Positions 60,664-64,000 of a stretch of 64,000 bases of DNA are shown piece by piece (the stretch's first letter is position 1; each line of letters begins with the position of its first letter). The stretch lies in assembly GCA_029564765.1 (NCBI GenBank), contig JAKQPK010000023.1:87084-151083 (forward strand), given 5' to 3'. The notes beneath the pieces were generated by a model. That model saw nothing but the letters and a program-made list of their open reading frames with translations, had not been told where the DNA came from and made no database searches. The translations under genes were made by a program, and so were the position numbers. This DNA is from Candidatus Omnitrophota bacterium. Its GTDB lineage: Bacteria; Omnitrophota; Gorgyraeia; Zapsychrales; Aceulaceae.

Positions 60664-61680
60664 TTACAAATCCCGTCCGATCGCCAAAGCGACTTTCTTT
60701 AGTTCCCTAACAAGGCTGCTGAAGCCTTGGGGGATCAGCGACTGAACGCCGTCGGACATTGCTTCTTCCGGATGATCATGGACCTCAACGATCAAACCAT
60801 CCGCGCCAGCGGCAACCGCCGCGCGTGAAGCACTCGCGACCAGGCTGCGGCGCCCTGTCGCATGACTGGGGTCAACCACGATCGGCAAGTGGGAAAGCTC
60901 TTTGACAACAGCAACCGCGTTAATGTCCAAGGTGTTGCGCGTTTGTGTCTCAAATGTACGGATACCGCGCTCACATAAGATCACGTCAAAATTTCCCTCT
61001 GAAAGAATGTATTCTGCCGACATCAACCACTCTTTGATCGTTGCGCTAATGCCTCTTTTTAACATAACAGGTTTCTTTGTCTTGCCGAGTTCCCGCAACA
61101 AAGTAAAATTCTGCATATTGCGCGCGCCGACCTGCAAGACATCAACATACTTGACCATCAATGGAATGTCGCGTGGATCGACGACTTCGGAAACGGTAGC
61201 GATGCCGTACTTTTCAGAAGCTTCTTTCAAATATTTAAGCCCTTCCTCGCCTAATCCTTGAAAATCATAAGGAGATGTCCGAGGCTTGAACGCCCCACCG
61301 CGTAAAACACTGGCCCCCGCCTTCTTGATCTTCGCAGCGATGGCAAGAAGTGTTTTGCGGTTCTCGACAGCGCAAGGCCCAGCCATAAGGACAACCTTTC
61401 TATCTCCAATCCTTAAGTCTTTGCGAATAGCGATCCTTGAGCTTTCCTTCTTGAATTCCCGCGAGACAAGCCGATAAGGAGCCAAAACCGGCATAACCTC
61501 TTCAACGCCTGGAAAGACCTCAAGAGGTGTAACGCGCAGGACATCTTCAGGCCCTATGAGCCCAATGATCGTGCGCTCAACCCCTCGCGAAACATGCGCT
61601 TTCAATCCTAAATTTTTTGTTTTCTCAAGAATATGCTGGATCTGTTTTTCTGTTGCCTGTGGTTTTAGAACGACGATCAT
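60664..61680 (-). CDS. aroF: 3-deoxy-7-phosphoheptulonate (DAHP) synthase, class I-beta, with an N-terminal regulatory domain
   Basis: KPRTSPYDFQGLGEEGLKYL and the C-terminal metal-binding blocks are present. The ~70-aa N-terminal extension resembles the Thermotoga-type ferredoxin-like regulatory domain. Confidence 0.88.
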   Translation of the reverse strand: MIVVLKPQATEKQIQHILEKTKNLGLKAHVSRGVERTIIGLIGPEDVLRVTPLEVFPGVEEVMPVLAPYRLVSREFKKESSRIAIRKDLRIGDRKVVLMAGPCAVENRKTLLAIAAKIKKAGASVLRGGAFKPRTSPYDFQGLGEEGLKYLKEASEKYGIATVSEVVDPRDIPLMVKYVDVLQVGARNMQNFTLLRELGKTKKPVMLKRGISATIKEWLMSAEYILSEGNFDVILCERGIRTFETQTRNTLDINAVAVVKELSHLPIVVDPSHATGRRSLVASASRAAVAAGADGLIVEVHDHPEEAMSDGVQSLIPQGFSSLVRELKKVALAIGRDL

Positions 61681-62762
61681 AAGATCTCCTTTAAGGCTTG
61701 AATAAATTTTTTATTTTCTTTTGGGGTCCCGATAGAAACGCGAATAAAATTCTCTAGTCCCCAGAAACCCATATCACGCACGATCACACCCTTGCGTAAA
61801 AGCTTCTGCGTGGCCGCTAAGCTATCGGTCTTCAGGTCGATCAAGACAAAATTCGTGACACTTTCAACGAATGGAACCTTCAGCTTTTGAAGGTCCTTGC
61901 ACATTCTCTGTTTTTCCTGGTTTAGGCCGCGGATCATTTTCATATATCGCGGCTTGTCCCCAAGCGCTGCCAATGCCGCCGCCTGGGCCAACGTATTCAC
62001 ATTGAAAGGTTCTCTGACACGATTAAGGATGTCGATCATCTCTTTGCTGGCAACGCCATAGCCAACGCGCAATCCAGCCAAGCTGTACGCTTTAGAAAAA
62101 GTCCGGGTCAGGATCACGTTGGGATATTGCTTAAGTAAACGCAAGCTATTGGGATAATCTTTTTTGCCAACGAACTCATAATAAGCTTCATCAAAGAAGA
62201 CAATGATATTTTCAGGTAAGCCTTTCAAGAAGTCCTCTACTTCACACTGTGTTACGTAGGTCCCGGTCGGATTATTAGGATTGGCGATAAAGATGATCTT
62301 TGTTCTTTCCGTGACAGCCTGACGAATCGCCTGAAGGTCGTAGCGAAAATCCTTTAAAGGCACTAAGCGAATGTTCGCTCCAGAGATCTTGGTCGCGATC
62401 TCGTAGATAAGGAATGTCGGATGCGCGGTTATGATCTCATCGCCTTCCGCGGCGAATGCTTTTGTTACCAAGACAATGATCTCGTCAGAGCCGTTGCCGA
62501 AAACTAGCTGATCAGTATCAACACCCAACTGCTTAGCGATCGCCTGGCGTAAACAAAAACAATTACCGTCAGGATAACGGTTCAGCTCCTTTAATTCCTT
62601 GATGATCGCCTTTAAAACCTTCGGTGTCGGCGGATAAGGATTTTCATTGGAAGCAAGCTTATAGACTTCTTTCAATCCCAACTCGCGCTTGACCTCTTCA
62701 ATGGGTTTTCCAGGAAGATAAGGTTTCACATTTAAGATATTCTTTTTGACAATATTTCTCAT
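61677..62762 (-). CDS. hisC: Histidinol-phosphate / aromatic aminotransferase (class II PLP aminotransferase)
   Basis: SNENPYPP and the Lys-containing SKAYSLAGLRVGY motifs. Located inside the aromatic block (pheA-hisC-aroF-tyrA). Confidence 0.8.
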   Translation of the reverse strand: MRNIVKKNILNVKPYLPGKPIEEVKRELGLKEVYKLASNENPYPPTPKVLKAIIKELKELNRYPDGNCFCLRQAIAKQLGVDTDQLVFGNGSDEIIVLVTKAFAAEGDEIITAHPTFLIYEIATKISGANIRLVPLKDFRYDLQAIRQAVTERTKIIFIANPNNPTGTYVTQCEVEDFLKGLPENIIVFFDEAYYEFVGKKDYPNSLRLLKQYPNVILTRTFSKAYSLAGLRVGYGVASKEMIDILNRVREPFNVNTLAQAAALAALGDKPRYMKMIRGLNQEKQRMCKDLQKLKVPFVESVTNFVLIDLKTDSLAATQKLLRKGVIVRDMGFWGLENFIRVSIGTPKENKKFIQALKEIL

Positions 62763-63835
62763 ATATCCTCTTGAGGGTACGATCCAACAACTTTTAAATA
62801 TTTACACATCCCTTCCAGCTGCCCTAAGGCTTTTTTAACCTTCGCATCATCCCGATGTCCGATCAAATCGACAAAAAAGTAGTAATCCCATGCCTTCTTC
62901 TTTGAAGGCCGTGATTCGATCTTGGTCAGATTGATACCTAGCTTTCGAAATGGAACAAGCATGTCATGCAACGCGCCCACCTTGTCTTTAATAGAAAAGA
63001 TCAAGGACGTCTTATCCTTTCCGGTAGGGGGAACATCCTGCCTGGCGATCACAAAAAAACGCGTCATGTTGTGCGCCATATCTTGAATATTCTCACGGAT
63101 GATCGGCACCTCGTAAACCTTGGCGGCTAAACTAGAGGCGATCGCCGCGGAATACCGTTGCTTCGCGGCTTTCTGAGCAGCCTCCGTGTTGGACGCTACC
63201 CAGATCTGGCCAGCCGTTGGCAAGTTCGCGGCAAGCCAATGACGGCACTGCCCGAACGATTGCGGGTTAGAGTAGATCGTCTTAACGTCTTTGAGATTCT
63301 CTTTGGATAACAAGTGCTGTTCAACCTTGATCGTTGTCTGCGCGCAGATCCTCAGGTCGGAATCCACCAACATGTCGCAGGTATGCGTTACCGCGCCTTC
63401 GATGGAATTCTCGACAGGAACAACGCCATAGTCGCAGTCGCCATGGTCTACTTTCTGAAAGACCTCATCGATGCTGTTACACGCAACGTACTCAACCTGC
63501 GAACCAAACTTTTTGTTGGCCGCCATATGCGTAAAAGATCCCTGCGTCCCAAGGAAAGAAATACGCAAAGCTTTCTCTAAGGACAAAGAACCTGACATGA
63601 TCTCACGGTAGATCGCCTCCAGCGTCGATGCGGTCATAGGGCCGCGATTAGCGCCCTTAACGCTGTCAAAAACCTGCTTTTCTCTGTCCGGGGCATAAAT
63701 TCCTTTTTGATGCTTTTTCTTTTCATGGCCAATGGCAAGGCTCGCCCTCGCGCGCTCATTGAGCAAACGCACGATCTTTCCGTCAAGAACATCAATCTTT
63801 TTACGCAACGTTGGGATGCTCATCCGTTCCTCCAT
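62759..63835 (-). CDS. pheA: Bifunctional chorismate mutase / prephenate dehydratase (P-protein) with a C-terminal ACT domain
   Basis: N-terminal CM domain (LRKKIDVLDGKIVRLLNERA), a PDT domain with ESRP motif (TKIESRPS) and an ACT domain. Confidence 0.9.
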   Translation of the reverse strand: MEERMSIPTLRKKIDVLDGKIVRLLNERARASLAIGHEKKKHQKGIYAPDREKQVFDSVKGANRGPMTASTLEAIYREIMSGSLSLEKALRISFLGTQGSFTHMAANKKFGSQVEYVACNSIDEVFQKVDHGDCDYGVVPVENSIEGAVTHTCDMLVDSDLRICAQTTIKVEQHLLSKENLKDVKTIYSNPQSFGQCRHWLAANLPTAGQIWVASNTEAAQKAAKQRYSAAIASSLAAKVYEVPIIRENIQDMAHNMTRFFVIARQDVPPTGKDKTSLIFSIKDKVGALHDMLVPFRKLGINLTKIESRPSKKKAWDYYFFVDLIGHRDDAKVKKALGQLEGMCKYLKVVGSYPQEDI

Positions 63836-64000
63836 CGCTTACCACATCTTTTAATTGTTCCGCTGATGTTGCCTGATCTTCCTCTACAGCAGGCTCTAAT
63901 GCTTCATGCGCTGGCTGCGATTGGATCTGCTCAGACTCTATCACATCTTTTTCATCTAATGGCAGCATGTCTCCTGCTGTCGGAGAATACTCTGCGGCCT
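63812..64000 (-). CDS. 3' end of an unidentified upstream gene (C-terminal acidic tail ...EEDQATSAEQLKDVVSDGGTDEHPNVA*); its 5' end lies beyond the window
   Basis: An open frame on the minus strand runs from the window edge to a TAA at about 63812, overlapping the pheA start by about 24 nt. It does not appear in the ORF track. No family recognised. Confidence 0.3.

Noticed and set aside
1-64000. CRISPR arrays, IS elements, integrases, toxin-antitoxin pairs or phage remnants
   Set aside because: No spaced direct-repeat arrays, terminal inverted repeats, or transposase, integrase or toxin-like ORFs were seen. The window is tiled by conserved housekeeping and pilus genes.

Overview
This 64-kb window of a bacterial chromosome has every credible gene on the minus strand, and the organism is not identifiable from sequence alone. 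Most of the window is conserved housekeeping genes, and the one accessory-like island is a type IVa pilus cluster. The main segments are listed here from the low-coordinate end, which is opposite to the direction of transcription.

- **Coordinates 1-17,642** form one uninterrupted translation/transcription supercluster. Read in the direction of transcription it is tRNA-Thr, rpmG, tRNA-Trp, secE, nusG, rplK, rplA, rplJ, rplL, rpoB, rpoC, rpsL, rpsG, fusA, tuf, rpsJ, rplC, rplD, rplW and rplB (which runs off the window start). The intergenic spacers are almost nonexistent. rpoC and rpsL overlap by 59 nt, and the usual r-protein autoregulatory leaders appear to be absent.
- **17.7-27 kb** carries tyrS, rpsA, plsC, a phosphohexomutase, nadD, proA, proB, obg and rplU. 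There is no rpmA between rplU and obg.
- **27-39.4 kb** is a complete-looking type IVa pilus assembly cluster fused to housekeeping genes. In the direction of transcription it runs from a standalone MshEN-like GspE N-domain protein through two tandem full-length PilB/GspE-type ATPases, pilC, a secreted Gln-rich coiled-coil protein and the major pilin pilA to pilM-pilN-pilO-pilP-pilQ and rng. pilA has its own sigma70-like promoter and a strong intrinsic terminator. No pilT or pilD is present in the window.
- **39.4-64 kb** carries the elongasome genes (rodA, mrdA, mreD, mreC, mreB), aroA and an uncharacterised transmembrane coiled-coil protein. These are followed by rluD, lgt, lspA, a dksA-like gene, ileS, a 5'-methylthioadenosine phosphorylase (MTAP) gene, proC and yggS. 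Next are a structured 347-bp intergenic region with paired palindromes, then plsY, pgsA, a small Zn-ribbon lipoprotein, lepB, lepA, cmk and an aromatic amino-acid block (tyrA, DAHP synthase, hisC, pheA).

The ORF track missed rpmG (50 aa) and both tRNAs, and several ORF-track starts are N-terminally over-extended. I found no CRISPR array, no mobile elements, and no rRNA. All motif, promoter and structure calls were made by eye. No searches or folding computations were run.
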